A stretch of DNA of 64,000 bases from Candidatus Moraniibacteriota bacterium (GTDB lineage: Bacteria; Patescibacteriota; Minisyncoccia; Moranbacterales; GCA-2747515). Both the position numbers and the translations under genes were made by a program. Positions 29,968 to 40,355 of this stretch are shown here, in pieces. The stretch's first letter is position 1; each line of letters opens with the position of its first letter. The notes beneath the pieces were generated by a model. That model was not told the origin of the DNA. It ran no database searches and saw nothing but the letters and a program-made list of their open reading frames with translations. The stretch is taken from contig JAXGYI010000001.1 of NCBI GenBank assembly GCA_040772365.1, forward strand, positions 5,416 through 69,415, read 5' to 3'.

Positions 29968-30924
29968 TCATTTCTTCGTATGTACAAGGTATACTGTATC
30001 ATTTTTTTTTGTGAGTTTCAAGTGTTTGCTTGTAAATCTTGGTGTTTTTGTCTTTGTACTAGAAATAATTTTACGTAACTCATCAATGTGGCTTTTTGTA
30101 ATATGTGGAGATTGGTCGCACAATGCTGTAATGATTGTGTGCAGGGCGTTACGCTGCTCTGGTAGTGAAAGTGATGCAAAGTGTTTCGCGGAGAACGTAG
30201 TTGTATGAGATGCATGATCAATGTGCCAAAATGGTGGTGGTGTTGTAGAGTGCTCTAAGATATGTGCTGTACGGGCAAGAGTTGCGACGATATTGGGATT
30301 GTAATATCGTGCGAGATAGGGGATGAGATGATGGCGAATACGGTTGCGAGTGTAGGAGAGATCGGTGTTTGTGACGTCAATGCGGAAAGGGATATCTTGC
30401 GCGACGAGATAGTCATGTACAGTGGCACGTGATACTTCAAGAAGTGGGCGCGCAATATGTGTGGAGGACATAAATGTCATACCACGCAGACCACGCAGAC
30501 CTGTTCCACGCAATAGGTGTAGGAGAATGGTTTCTGCTTGATCATTCTGTGTGTGGGCAACGATGGTGGCACAGGCATGATAGCGTATGCGCAGTTCTTC
30601 AAAAAATGCATAACGTGTCTTACGTAGTGCATTTTCAGATGTGCTATGATTTTTTTTTACATGGAGAGTATGGTAGTGCATGCCATACCGTTTTGCAGTC
30701 TTGGCAACAAGTTGTTCATCAGCATTAGAATCTGCGTTGCGTAAATGGTAGTTAACATGTGCAACGATAATAGTTAAATGCTCTTTACGTGCAATGCGCA
30801 TCATGATATCCAGTAGACACATACTATCTGGTCCGCCGGATACACCAATGATGAGCGTAGCGCCGTCGTGCCACATATGGTGTATTGCATTTTTATGCTG
30901 AACATGGAGGACAAGGTTTTTCAT
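29968..30924 (-). CDS. tilS: tRNA(Ile)-lysidine synthetase
   Basis: PP-loop SGGPDSMCLL (SGGxDS) near the N-terminus. The tilS-ftsH adjacency is conserved. Confidence 0.85.
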   Translation of the reverse strand: MKNLVLHVQHKNAIHHMWHDGATLIIGVSGGPDSMCLLDIMMRIARKEHLTIIVAHVNYHLRNADSNADEQLVAKTAKRYGMHYHTLHVKKNHSTSENALRKTRYAFFEELRIRYHACATIVAHTQNDQAETILLHLLRGTGLRGLRGMTFMSSTHIARPLLEVSRATVHDYLVAQDIPFRIDVTNTDLSYTRNRIRHHLIPYLARYYNPNIVATLARTAHILEHSTTPPPFWHIDHASHTTTFSAKHFASLSLPEQRNALHTIITALCDQSPHITKSHIDELRKIISSTKTKTPRFTSKHLKLTKKNDTVYLVHTKK

Positions 30925-30938
30925 GAGAAAAAATAATA

Positions 30939-31586
30939 CTAGGATGTTGTGCGACTGTGTTTGCGGATAATGTCTTCAACAGCGGCAACAGCATCATCAA
31001 GGAATCCTTGGCGGTTGATAACGGTGTAATCATAGATGTCCGTGTGTTTCAACCACTCCTTGGTGTATGCCATGCGTTCTGCCACATATTCTTCCGTCAC
31101 GTCACTGCGTCTACGGATACGTTGCTCCAAGATCTCCAATGATTCTGCCATGAGAAAAATAGCAATGATGCCTGGGAATGTCTTTTTTGCTGTAATCACG
31201 CCCTTGTAATCAATTTTCCACAAGGCGATTTTATTGTGAGAGGTAATATCATCAAAGGCTCTGTGCGTTACACCGTAGTAATGTCCATTGTATTGCTGTG
31301 CCCACTCCACAAAAGCCTTCTCGGCGATCAATTTTTGAAATGTTTGCGTAGTGACAAAATGATAGGGATTTCCCTCTGATTCACCAAAACGCATGTCACG
31401 TGTCGTGGTTGTAGTTACTGTGAGGATATCGGGGTGTTTTTTTGTGAGTGCTTTGATGACGGAGTCTTCGCCAGCGCCGGATGGGCCGGAGATAATAAAA
31501 ATGTTATTGTGATTCATAGGTAAGTGATGTAGATAAAAGTGGAATGTTGTGCGCTGTGATACAAAGCGCGCCCAGGCTGTAAGCAT
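30939..31586 (-). CDS. gmk: Guanylate kinase-like nucleoside monophosphate kinase
   Basis: P-loop ISGPSGAGEDS; YHFVT...YYG pattern of GMP kinases. Confidence 0.65.
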   Translation of the reverse strand: MLTAWARFVSQRTTFHFYLHHLPMNHNNIFIISGPSGAGEDSVIKALTKKHPDILTVTTTTTRDMRFGESEGNPYHFVTTQTFQKLIAEKAFVEWAQQYNGHYYGVTHRAFDDITSHNKIALWKIDYKGVITAKKTFPGIIAIFLMAESLEILEQRIRRRSDVTEEYVAERMAYTKEWLKHTDIYDYTVINRQGFLDDAVAAVEDIIRKHSRTTS

Positions 31587-31601
31587 GAGCGCGTTGTGAG
31601 G

Positions 31602-32969
31602 CTATTTCTTGGCTGCTTTTTTCGACTCTACATCCTTTTCTTCTTTCGTCGAGGCAGTTGCATCTTTTGTGCTTTTCAACTCTTGCATTTTCTTGTCGTC
31701 AATGAGTACGAGTCCCATGCGATGTTCTTTGGGTTCAATAGAGAGGATTTTCCACATGTATTCTTTCTTGGATTCAATTTTTTCATCTAGTTTTTTGCCT
31801 GGGTACATTTCTTGGAATTCGCTGACATGCGCCAAGCCGTGGATGTCACTATCAAGATAGACAAATGCGCCAAAATGCGTTATTTTATCGACCTTGCCTT
31901 TATAGATGTTGCCAACAGTGTATTTATCTGTAATTTTTGTCCACGGATCTTCTTTCAGGGCCTTGATAGAGAGAGAAATACGTGTATCATCAATACCAAT
32001 AATTTTTGCCTCTGTTTTATCGCCGACCTTGATGACTTCACGCGGGTTATCAATAAGTTGCCACGCAAGTTCGCTAATGTGAATTAACCCCTCTAGACGA
32101 TCATCATCATCTGTGGAGTCAGTGTGTGACGGGAAGAATTTGACAAATGCACCAAAATCCACAACACCACTTACTTCACCGGTAATTGTGTCACCAACGG
32201 TGAGACCAGCAATCACCTTGCGTTCGCGGTCACTGTGCGCAGCTTTTTCGGAAACAATCAGCTTTTCATCTGTCTGATTGATGTCAATAATGCGTATATC
32301 AAGCTCTTGTCCAATGAGTCGCTTGAGGAGTTCAAGGATTTTATTTTTATCACCATCTTCTACGCGCGGGTAGTTTTTGCTAGAGAGTTGTGATACAGGT
32401 AAAAAGCCTGTGACGCCGTTAATTTCTACCATCAAACCGCCCTTATTCGCATCCATGATTTTTACGGCAATAGTTTCTTTATTGTCCATTTTTGCTTGCA
32501 GGTCATCCCATGCGCGCTCGTAGGACGCTTCACGGATAGAAAGCTCGATGTAACCGTCATCGTTATCCAAGTCAACAACGGCTGCCTGTACTTTACTGCC
32601 AGGGCGTAGTTTTGCATCCTCTGCTAAGCCGCTTTTGGCTTCGCGTCCAATCACCATACCAGTGCCGATTGGTCCAATGTCCAAAAGGACGATATTTGCA
32701 GAAATATCAATTACTGTGGCGTCAATCACATCGCCAACGCGGGGAATGTGGAGTTCTTGACCATCAAGTAATTGCTGCATTACTGATGTTGTATTTTGCG
32801 ATGTTGTAGATGCGGTTTTCTCCTTCGGCTCTGTTTGTGCTGTGGACTGATCTTGTTGTGCGGTGGTATCCGCCTGTGATGTGTCTGCTACGATGGGTTG
32901 ATCAGCTTTTTTACTTCCAGCTTTTACTTCCTCTACAATTTTGTCGAGAAGACTTTCAAGTTTTGACAT
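31602..32969 (-). CDS. rpsA: 30S ribosomal protein S1-like protein with multiple S1 RNA-binding domains
   Basis: Repeated S1 motifs (GDVIDATVIDI..., GAFVKF, GLIHISEL, GAFVYLDSDIHGLAHVSE). Confidence 0.75.
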   Translation of the reverse strand: MSKLESLLDKIVEEVKAGSKKADQPIVADTSQADTTAQQDQSTAQTEPKEKTASTTSQNTTSVMQQLLDGQELHIPRVGDVIDATVIDISANIVLLDIGPIGTGMVIGREAKSGLAEDAKLRPGSKVQAAVVDLDNDDGYIELSIREASYERAWDDLQAKMDNKETIAVKIMDANKGGLMVEINGVTGFLPVSQLSSKNYPRVEDGDKNKILELLKRLIGQELDIRIIDINQTDEKLIVSEKAAHSDRERKVIAGLTVGDTITGEVSGVVDFGAFVKFFPSHTDSTDDDDRLEGLIHISELAWQLIDNPREVIKVGDKTEAKIIGIDDTRISLSIKALKEDPWTKITDKYTVGNIYKGKVDKITHFGAFVYLDSDIHGLAHVSEFQEMYPGKKLDEKIESKKEYMWKILSIEPKEHRMGLVLIDDKKMQELKSTKDATASTKEEKDVESKKAAKK

Positions 32970-33424
32970 AGTGCATTTAGGTGCCCACGCTCCAATTGGG
33001 CGTTATGTAATTACAAATGGGGAGCAAAACATAAAAATTTCCACGATCAAAGCGGAAACCATCAAACAGTTTTCGTCGCGAGATTGTGTCATCCCCGACG
33101 TTCACACGACCGTGTGCCGCATGAATCTTCACTTGTCTAATAATTATCCTCTTTCACTGTGTCTTGTCAGTATAGGGGAAGATGGTAAAAAATGCAAGAG
33201 TTGTGTATGTGGGCAGATGCTTGGATTAAGTGCTTAGGCCCCTTAATTGTACCCTCATGTCGCATTTTTAGTGAGGATACTTCGGAGAGTGTTTGTCTCT
33301 AAGTGCTACAGCTTTGGCGCATCGTTAGGATCGTCTGCTAAAGATTGACTTTTATGCATAAAAAGAGTAAAATGTATATTCTTTAAAATTTTCATATTAA
33401 TACGTCATGTAGAATGCCATATCA

Positions 33425-34108
33425 TTGCCAAAATCACCAGAGGAGGACACTATGGATCGCATTGGTCTTGTGTTGACAGCAGGCAGTAAGAAAAACGTTT
33501 GGATGTTTGGGAAGAAGCTCCCAAACATCATCACTTGGCCGATTTTCAAAATTTTGTACCCTCTGTTCGGGGTCCGTGTCGAACTGATTCCGGAACTGAA
33601 GAAAGAGACAACTTCTCGACTGGAAACTGCTCTCGATCTCTATAATAAGGGAGTTGTGGATCAGCTCTTTCTTGCGGGGGGATATTCAAAATTTCGGCAA
33701 AAAACAACTACTGTGCTGATGAAAGAGTGGTTGGTGAACAAAGGTGTTCCCGAATGGAGTGTTTTTTATGAGAGCGGATCTCTTGATACATCCGGCAATG
33801 TGGAAAACTTCTTACATTGGATGAAACAGGGGCGCTCTCACAATCGGCGTGTTTTTGTTATTACGTCCGATTATCATCTTAAAAGAGCAGTCTCTTTTCT
33901 TGTGGAGGGAGGAGTACAGAGAAATGAGATTGTGGAGGTAGCGGCATTGCCACCGAAATTTGATAGCTTCTTTCAAAAACTCAGTGATGAGTATACGTAC
34001 AATACCATCACTGAATGTCTGAAGAGAATCGCGGGGAAAAATTCTCACATGCTTATATTCTTTAAAAAAATAGAGCGCTGTTCGCGCAATAATTATACAC
34101 AAAAGTAG
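33425..34108 (+). CDS. DUF218/YdcF-family protein (SanA/ElyC-like)
   Basis: GGYSKF...SGSLDTSGNVEN...VFVITSDYHLKRA matches the DUF218 pattern. Confidence 0.6.
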   Translation: MPKSPEEDTMDRIGLVLTAGSKKNVWMFGKKLPNIITWPIFKILYPLFGVRVELIPELKKETTSRLETALDLYNKGVVDQLFLAGGYSKFRQKTTTVLMKEWLVNKGVPEWSVFYESGSLDTSGNVENFLHWMKQGRSHNRRVFVITSDYHLKRAVSFLVEGGVQRNEIVEVAALPPKFDSFFQKLSDEYTYNTITECLKRIAGKNSHMLIFFKKIERCSRNNYTQK

Positions 34109-34114
34109 CAAGCA

Positions 34115-34160
34115 TCACCCTGCATGTTGCATAATGCGACATGCAGGGTTTTTGTTTTTA
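34115..34160 (+). terminator. Rho-independent terminator after the DUF218 gene
   Basis: CACCCTGCATG-ttgcataatgcga-CATGCAGGGTTTTTGTTTTT. Confidence 0.7.
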
Positions 34161-34313
34161 GTGTGTTTTTTCGCGGGTTCAGGCATCTACACCCAAACCA
34201 TGTGTTTCTTTGTGTACGTGGCCTAAATACGGTTGTGACAGGCGATAGTGTCATTTGAGAAAAAACAAAAACCCCGACGACAGCGATCTGTCATCGGGGA
34301 TAGTTATGATTCC

Positions 34314-34565
34314 TTAACGTTGCCTAGCGTACGCGCGCCACTCTCTAACAATTTCCTCCTCTGTGGCAGAAAACCCCGGTACCTCATAGATTTCTCCTTG
34401 TGGCGGCATACCAAACCAGGTGGTATTATCGAACACTAATTTACCCCCTATTATTCGTGTAAGAAAAAGCAAAAAAATCCGCACTTGATCGTGCGTCATA
34501 CGGAGGTGAAAGCGGATAATTACCGACAATTTCTTGAGGTGTTGTGGCGGTTGGCGGAAAAGCAA
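34314..34565 (-). CDS. Small hypothetical ORF (83 aa or shorter) followed by a minus-strand terminator hairpin (34258-34297)
   Basis: An ORF sitting between two convergent intrinsic terminators; no recognised motif. Could also be a non-coding transcript. Confidence 0.2.
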   Translation of the reverse strand: MLFRQPPQHLKKLSVIIRFHLRMTHDQVRIFLLFLTRIIGGKLVFDNTTWFGMPPQGEIYEVPGFSATEEEIVREWRAYARQR

Positions 34566-34654
34566 GGTTAGTTTAAAAAACTATTTTTTACAAGAAACAT
34601 GCGGGAAAAGATAGTGGTGCTACAATGGTAGTATGGAGTATTATATGATGCACT

Positions 34655-35068
34655 ATGGGATCGTGGCATAAAAAACGCGTGAAGGGTGATGTGGTGGGGC
34701 ATGCGGTGGGGCGCGTGGGAGAGGATGCGGCGGCGCGGTTTTTGCAGGACAAGGGTTATACGATCGTGGCGCGCAATTGGTATAATCCGCGCGGGCGACG
34801 CGTGGGTGAGATTGATATTATTGCCAAGGATGGGTTGCAATGGGTATTTGTGGAGGTGAAGACGAGTGCTGTGCTCATTGATGCGCACCATCTGCCGCCG
34901 CAAGAGAATATTACGGTGCATAAAATGCGTAAAATGGAAGCCGCGGCACAAGCGTATTTGCGTGCGCATGATCAGTTTGATGCGTCGTGGCGCTGTGATG
35001 CTGTGGCAGTGTATATGACGGATGGTGTGGTGGTAAATATTGTGCATTTGTCACATATTTTTTCGTGA
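34655..35068 (+). CDS. yraN: YraN-family (UPF0102) endonuclease
   Basis: GEDAAARFLQDKGYTIVARNWYNPRGRRVGEIDIIAKDG..WVFVEVK matches the YraN consensus. Confidence 0.75.
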   Translation: MGSWHKKRVKGDVVGHAVGRVGEDAAARFLQDKGYTIVARNWYNPRGRRVGEIDIIAKDGLQWVFVEVKTSAVLIDAHHLPPQENITVHKMRKMEAAAQAYLRAHDQFDASWRCDAVAVYMTDGVVVNIVHLSHIFS

Positions 35069-35142
35069 ATAGATATCTTTTTACCTAGACATGTTATGTA
35101 CACCTTGGTATACTGGAGGCAGATGTTTCATTTTTTAGAACT

Positions 35143-35508
35143 ATGCATATGACACTTGATGATGCGACACGAGAGGCACTGCACAAAACATTATTGGCGG
35201 ACAAGGAGGATCTGGAAAAACAGTTAGCACGATTTGCAAAAAAAGGAGATTGTGCCGGTGGAGATTGTTATGAGACAACATTTCCGGAGGATTTAGGCAG
35301 TGAGATTGGAGAGAATGCGTCAGAAGTAGAACAATATGTGGGCAATATCGCCCTAGAGCATTCACTGGAAACGCAGTTGCGCGATGTGAATGATGCATTG
35401 GAAAAAATGGAAAAAGGTACGTACGGTATTGATGAGGAGACAGGGGAGCCAATTGCCGTAGAGCGTCTCAAGGCGTATCCTGCAGCTCGCACGAATATTT
35501 CTACATAA
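35143..35508 (+). CDS. DksA/TraR-family protein with a degenerate (Cys-less) zinc finger
   Basis: Coiled-coil N-terminus, then GTYGIDEETGEPIAVERLKAYPAART, which is the C4 finger region with the cysteines replaced. Confidence 0.55.
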   Translation: MHMTLDDATREALHKTLLADKEDLEKQLARFAKKGDCAGGDCYETTFPEDLGSEIGENASEVEQYVGNIALEHSLETQLRDVNDALEKMEKGTYGIDEETGEPIAVERLKAYPAARTNIST

Positions 35509-35522
35509 CGCTTACTCATTGT

Positions 35523-35942
35523 ATGACAACACATCATCGGATGTGGTGGTTTCTTGCAGGGGCTGTATGTGTGGGTCTTTTTGTCGTCATTGACCAACTA
35601 ATAACGCAGTATGTTGTAGCATCTGCGGTCTATCTGTGCAACAAGGGTATTGCGCTTGGCGTGATTCTCCCTCGTGCAATTTTTAGTGTAGCATGGGTTG
35701 GTATTGTCGGATTACTGGGGTGGCTGTGGTGGCGCGGTATGTTGTGGAAGCCTATAGATCATGTAGCGTTTATGATGATTTTTGCGGGAGCATGCAGCAA
35801 TCTTGTCGATCGTGTTCGTTATGGCTGTGTCATAGACTATATTCCTTTTTTTACCATATCATCATTTAATGTGGCAGATGTTTTCATCACCTGTGGCGCA
35901 GCGATTATTGCGTGGCATGTGTTTGCTGTATCACGTCGCTAA
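35523..35942 (+). CDS. lspA: Lipoprotein signal peptidase (signal peptidase II)
   Basis: Four TM segments; motifs NLVDRVRYGCVIDYI and FNVADVFITCGAAII. Confidence 0.8.
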   Translation: MTTHHRMWWFLAGAVCVGLFVVIDQLITQYVVASAVYLCNKGIALGVILPRAIFSVAWVGIVGLLGWLWWRGMLWKPIDHVAFMMIFAGACSNLVDRVRYGCVIDYIPFFTISSFNVADVFITCGAAIIAWHVFAVSRR

Positions 35943-35951
35943 AAGAAGTAT

Positions 35952-37472
35952 ATGCCATCAAAAATTTTTTCTGCAGCAACAGTTGGATTACATGGGGCAA
36001 TTGTGGAGGTGGAAGTAGACGTACTGAGTAGCGGTATGCACCATTTTACGATTGTAGGGTTGCCAGATGTTTCTGTGAAGGAGTCACGGGAGCGTGTGAG
36101 TAGTGCAATTAAAAATAGCGGCTTTACACCAGCGCACCATAGTGGGCGTATTACGGTAAATCTAGCTCCTGCTGACTTGCAAAAATCCAGTCCAATTTAC
36201 GATGTGCCGATGGCATTAGGATTTTTGATGGCGACGGGACAGCTGACATTTGATTCGCAGGGAAAACTTTTTGTGGGGGAGTTAGCATTAGATGGTACAG
36301 TGCGTGGTGTGAGTGGCATCTTGCCTATCGCGCTTTTTGCCAAGGAGTCGGGCATGCAGGAAATCTATGTACCACAGGATAATGTACGTGAGGCAGCAGC
36401 AGTAGATGGGTTGATAGTGTATGGCGTTTCGTCGCTACGCGATCTTGCTGAGCATGTAATAGGGCGCGCACCGTTGATGCAGCAGGCGTATCAACCTATT
36501 ACACCTGAAATTGATATGCGTACATCGTTGGATTTTCGTGATGTGCGCGGTCATGAACATGCGAAACGTGCACTGGAAATTGCCGCTGCGGGAGGGCATA
36601 ATGTCATTTTTCATGGTCCTCCTGGGTCCGGTAAAACACTACTTGCCAAAACATTTGCATCTATTTTGCCGACATTGTCGCAGCAAGAGGTGCTGGATAT
36701 TACAAAGATTTATTCTGTTGCTGGACTGCTATCGCATAGTGAACAATTAATTACACAGCGACAATTTCGCGCACCACACCACAGTGCGTCGGCGGTATCG
36801 TTGATTGGTGGCGGTACAAATCCTAAACCTGGTGAAATTACACTTGCGCACCGTGGTGTGTTGTTTCTGGATGAGTTTGCGGAATTTCCACGCGCGGTGT
36901 TGGAAAATTTGCGACAGCCGCTGGAAGATGGCATTGTAACTATTGCACGCGCTCGGTCTCGCGTCACGTATCCGGCACACTTTATTTTAATTGCGGCAAT
37001 GAACCCGTGTCCGTGTGGTTTTGCTACAGATCCCGAAAAAAACTGTACGTGTAGCGCAGCACATATTGCACGGTATACGCAGAAAATTTCCGGACCGATT
37101 CTGGATCGCATTGATTTACATGTGGATGTACCGCGGCTGCATGTGGATAAACTGGATAGTGATGCAGTGGAGGGAGAGGGTAGTGCAACGATTCGTGCGC
37201 GGGTGGAGGCGGCGCGTGTACGGCAAAGTGCGCGATTTGGTGCACGTAATGTGATCAATGCGGAGATGAACCAAAAAGATCTTGCACGGTATTGCGTACT
37301 AGATACATCATCACGTCAAATTTTGCGTGCAGCTGCGGCGAAGTTAGATCTCAGTGCGCGTGCGTATTTTCGTATGATTAAAGTAGCGCGTACCATCGCT
37401 GATCTTGCCGGAGAAAAGAATATTGCACAGGCGCATATTGCGGAGGCATTACAATATCGGCCGAAGGTATAA
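35952..37472 (+). CDS. comM: YifB/ComM-family Mg-chelatase-like AAA+ ATPase
   Basis: N-terminal Lon-like domain; Walker A GPPGSGKT; VLFLDEF Walker B; C-terminal Mg-chelatase domain. Confidence 0.85.
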   Translation: MPSKIFSAATVGLHGAIVEVEVDVLSSGMHHFTIVGLPDVSVKESRERVSSAIKNSGFTPAHHSGRITVNLAPADLQKSSPIYDVPMALGFLMATGQLTFDSQGKLFVGELALDGTVRGVSGILPIALFAKESGMQEIYVPQDNVREAAAVDGLIVYGVSSLRDLAEHVIGRAPLMQQAYQPITPEIDMRTSLDFRDVRGHEHAKRALEIAAAGGHNVIFHGPPGSGKTLLAKTFASILPTLSQQEVLDITKIYSVAGLLSHSEQLITQRQFRAPHHSASAVSLIGGGTNPKPGEITLAHRGVLFLDEFAEFPRAVLENLRQPLEDGIVTIARARSRVTYPAHFILIAAMNPCPCGFATDPEKNCTCSAAHIARYTQKISGPILDRIDLHVDVPRLHVDKLDSDAVEGEGSATIRARVEAARVRQSARFGARNVINAEMNQKDLARYCVLDTSSRQILRAAAAKLDLSARAYFRMIKVARTIADLAGEKNIAQAHIAEALQYRPKV

Positions 37473-37501
37473 GCTGCAATCATGTGAGAGATGACACTGT
37501 G

Positions 37502-38269
37502 CTATGCGCGATATTTACCGCGTAGCCAGTTCCATCGTACACGTAAGATTTGTTGTGCCATATCTAAAGATTCCTTGACGAACTTACTGCCGCGGTTTTT
37601 AGTGTCGGATACGTCCTCATCTTCCCAGTGAACGGGAACTTCTTTGATTTTATAACCACGTTTCTGTGCCATAAAAAGAAGCTCTACATCGAACGCTGTT
37701 ACAGTCCAGCCTTCAATTTTCATTGCGACAGCATCTAAGAGAGGGAAAAGTGTCTTGGCGAGGTCAGTGCGATACATTTTGAATCCACACTGCGTATCAT
37801 TGATATCGCGGAGAAGAAAGGTTTTACGAAAAAGGCGAAAGAGTGTGGATGCTGTTTTGCGTAGGAAGGAAAAATTTTCGCGCTCTGTACCGCGTGATCC
37901 AATGACAATATCATAGCCCTGATCAAAAAATGGGAGCATCTTTGTAACCTCTGAGACAGGCGTGGACATATCCATGTCTGGCGTACAGATCAAGGTGCCG
38001 CGGGCATGTCGAATGCCATTGAGGAGTCCTGCTGCCTTGCCGCCATGATCGCCCTTAATCAGTGTAAAGTGTGGATGTTGTGCTACGTACTCTGCAACAA
38101 AGGCATCACTGCCATCTGTTGATCCATCGTCATTGATGACAACTTCCCATGTATAGGGCTGTTGTTCTAAAAACGTGCGCACGTCATCCAGTACACCGCG
38201 TTCCAAATTTTTCTTCTCATTGTACTGCGTGATCACGATGGACAAAAAAATGGGCTGTGAGGATTCCAT
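37502..38269 (-). CDS. Family-2 glycosyltransferase (polyprenyl-phosphate sugar transferase-like)
   Basis: LSIVITQYNE...DDGSTDGS...DMDMS motifs of GT2 (DxD). Confidence 0.75.
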   Translation of the reverse strand: MESSQPIFLSIVITQYNEKKNLERGVLDDVRTFLEQQPYTWEVVINDDGSTDGSDAFVAEYVAQHPHFTLIKGDHGGKAAGLLNGIRHARGTLICTPDMDMSTPVSEVTKMLPFFDQGYDIVIGSRGTERENFSFLRKTASTLFRLFRKTFLLRDINDTQCGFKMYRTDLAKTLFPLLDAVAMKIEGWTVTAFDVELLFMAQKRGYKIKEVPVHWEDEDVSDTKNRGSKFVKESLDMAQQILRVRWNWLRGKYRA

Positions 38270-38368
38270 AAGACGCTATTTTAGATAATTGCTACCTTTA
38301 GTATAAAACGAAAACATGTTTTTGCGCAATGCTTTTCTTTAGATGACGTTGTCCTTTATAATAGACAC

Positions 38369-39334
38369 ATGCATAAACGTGTGCGAAAAAAACTTCTGCA
38401 GCGCTATGGGCGTATTTTTGGTCAAATGGTTATCGTGATCGTGTCTTTGTGGTGGGTGTGGGCTTCTACGGGGTATCGATTTTCAGAGTATGATTTTGTG
38501 GAGCGTGTAACGATTGTGGATGATGGGGTGGTATTCGTTTTTGATCATCTTCATGCATATACTGTGGATGACGTGCTCTGTGCTGCTGGGATAACACTGG
38601 CACATGATGACCGTGTTTTTCCTGCACGCGAAGATCGGGTGTTCTCTGAGGATGTGATTACGATTGATCGTGTACACACCGTTACTATTACGGTAGACAA
38701 AGAGCAGTATGTTGTACAGACATTTCGTGATCGTGTTGGTGATGTACTTGTGCGCGCGGATGTGCATCTAGACTCTGACGATCTTGTGGAGCCATCACGT
38801 GCGTATGTTGTGATGGGTCATATGGATGTTGCAGTGACGCGTGTGGTGATCAAAGAAGAGGCGGTGACACAGAAGATTCCATTTGACACGAAGGAGGTGG
38901 AGGATGCAACGATGAGTTTTCTTAAAAAAACTATTACTCAAAAAGGAGAATATGGCATCAAAAAGATTACGTATCGCGTGGCATATCATGATGGTGTGGA
39001 GGTAAAACGGAGTGTTATGGGCACAGAGATTACAAAAGAGCCAGTGACAGAGAAGGTGGCACAAGGTACGAAAGTGACAGTGCGTAAAACACACAGAGGT
39101 GCGTGTTCCTGGTATAGCCACACAGGAACACTGTCAGCGGCAAATCCATGGATGGCCATTGGGTCGTATGCACGTGTGACAAATATGGAAAATGGCAAAT
39201 CTGTGATTGTGCGCATTAATGATCGTGGCCCGTTTGTACAAGGACGTATCATTGATTTAGACAAAGTAGCATTTGAAAAAATTGCATCGTTGGGGGCTGG
39301 TGTGATTACAGTAAAGGTAGAGGAGATCTACTAG
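38369..39334 (+). CDS. Cell-wall-associated protein with a G5-like region and a C-terminal RlpA-like double-psi beta-barrel (DPBB) domain
   Basis: N-terminal TM helix; C-terminal GACSWYSHTG...VTNMENGKSVIVRINDRGPFVQGRIIDLDKVAFEKI matches the RlpA/expansin-like DPBB. Confidence 0.65.
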   Translation: MHKRVRKKLLQRYGRIFGQMVIVIVSLWWVWASTGYRFSEYDFVERVTIVDDGVVFVFDHLHAYTVDDVLCAAGITLAHDDRVFPAREDRVFSEDVITIDRVHTVTITVDKEQYVVQTFRDRVGDVLVRADVHLDSDDLVEPSRAYVVMGHMDVAVTRVVIKEEAVTQKIPFDTKEVEDATMSFLKKTITQKGEYGIKKITYRVAYHDGVEVKRSVMGTEITKEPVTEKVAQGTKVTVRKTHRGACSWYSHTGTLSAANPWMAIGSYARVTNMENGKSVIVRINDRGPFVQGRIIDLDKVAFEKIASLGAGVITVKVEEIY

Positions 39335-39512
39335 GCTAAACGTAAGATTATTTTTCTTCTGTTAGGTACCCATAATGTGTCGCCAAGGATACCATCAATA
39401 AAAATTGCACAGAGTGGCATATTTCGGGCTGTGAGTGAAGCCTAGCGATGAGGTAGTTGTCAAAATTCTATATAGTGAAAACTTGTGCAGCTAAGGGTTC
39501 TCCTCTAGTATA

Positions 39513-40355
39513 ATGATACTATCGTATAAAGAAATGAACATGGTGGCATTTGCATATAACAAATCTCTCGGACAGCATTTTTTGCGCAATACAGAAATTG
39601 TGCATGACATTGTAGAGATTGCGAAGATTACATCTCGTGATATCGTTGTAGAGGTTGGGCCTGGTGACGGTGTACTAACTGCAGCGCTTGCTACGCATGC
39701 AGGCCAGGTGATTGCTGTTGAAAAAGATGCGCGACTCATTGCGACGCTACAGAAACGCTTTGCCAATATGGCGCACGTAACAATTATACATGACGATATC
39801 TTACATAGTAATGTGGAGTCTATGATTGACCGTGCTACAGCAACGCACGGGTCTGCATATAAGGTTGTGGCAAATATTCCTTACTACATTACGGCGCCGA
39901 TTTTACGATTATTCATGGAACAATCTCATCCACCACACATGATAGTGGTGATGGTGCAAAAAGAGGTGGCAGAAAGACTATGTGCTGCACCGGGACAGAT
40001 GAGTGTGTTGAGTGTTGCAGCACAATACTACTGTAGTGTGCATTATGCCCGCACAGTGGATCGTGCCAACTTTGAGCCTGTTCCTGCTGTGGATAGCGCT
40101 ATTGTAGTGTTAAAGCGACGAGCACATGTACAACCAGACGCAGAATTTTTTCGCATTGTGCGTATCGGATTTAGTGCGCGACGTAAAACACTCGTCAATA
40201 ACCTTGTAAATGGACTCCGCCTCTCAAAGCATACCGTGACTCAACTTCTTGTGGACAATGATATCGCGCCACATGTACGCGCACAAGAGCTATCTGTGGC
40301 ACAGTGGCAACAGTTGGCACGTGCTGTTAGGAAAGTACACGAAAAAATACTATAG
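39513..40355 (+). CDS. rsmA: 16S rRNA (adenine1518/1519-N6)-dimethyltransferase
   Basis: LGQHFL, SAM motif VVEVGPGDGVLT and NIPYYIT motifs of KsgA. Confidence 0.9.
   Translation: MILSYKEMNMVAFAYNKSLGQHFLRNTEIVHDIVEIAKITSRDIVVEVGPGDGVLTAALATHAGQVIAVEKDARLIATLQKRFANMAHVTIIHDDILHSNVESMIDRATATHGSAYKVVANIPYYITAPILRLFMEQSHPPHMIVVMVQKEVAERLCAAPGQMSVLSVAAQYYCSVHYARTVDRANFEPVPAVDSAIVVLKRRAHVQPDAEFFRIVRIGFSARRKTLVNNLVNGLRLSKHTVTQLLVDNDIAPHVRAQELSVAQWQQLARAVRKVHEKIL

Noticed and set aside
33040-33140. Weak resemblance (GACCGTGTGCCGCATGAA) to the 3' half of 4.5S/SRP RNA
   Set aside because: The highly conserved domain IV elements (GGAAGGAAGCAGC / GNRA tetraloop strand) are absent on both strands.
34568-35047. 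159-aa minus-strand ORF
   Set aside because: It lies almost entirely antisense to the yraN gene (34655-35068), which has a clear family match. It is a shadow ORF.
36710-37258. 182-aa minus-strand ORF inside comM/yifB
   Set aside because: It is antisense to a strongly supported AAA+ gene. Shadow ORF.
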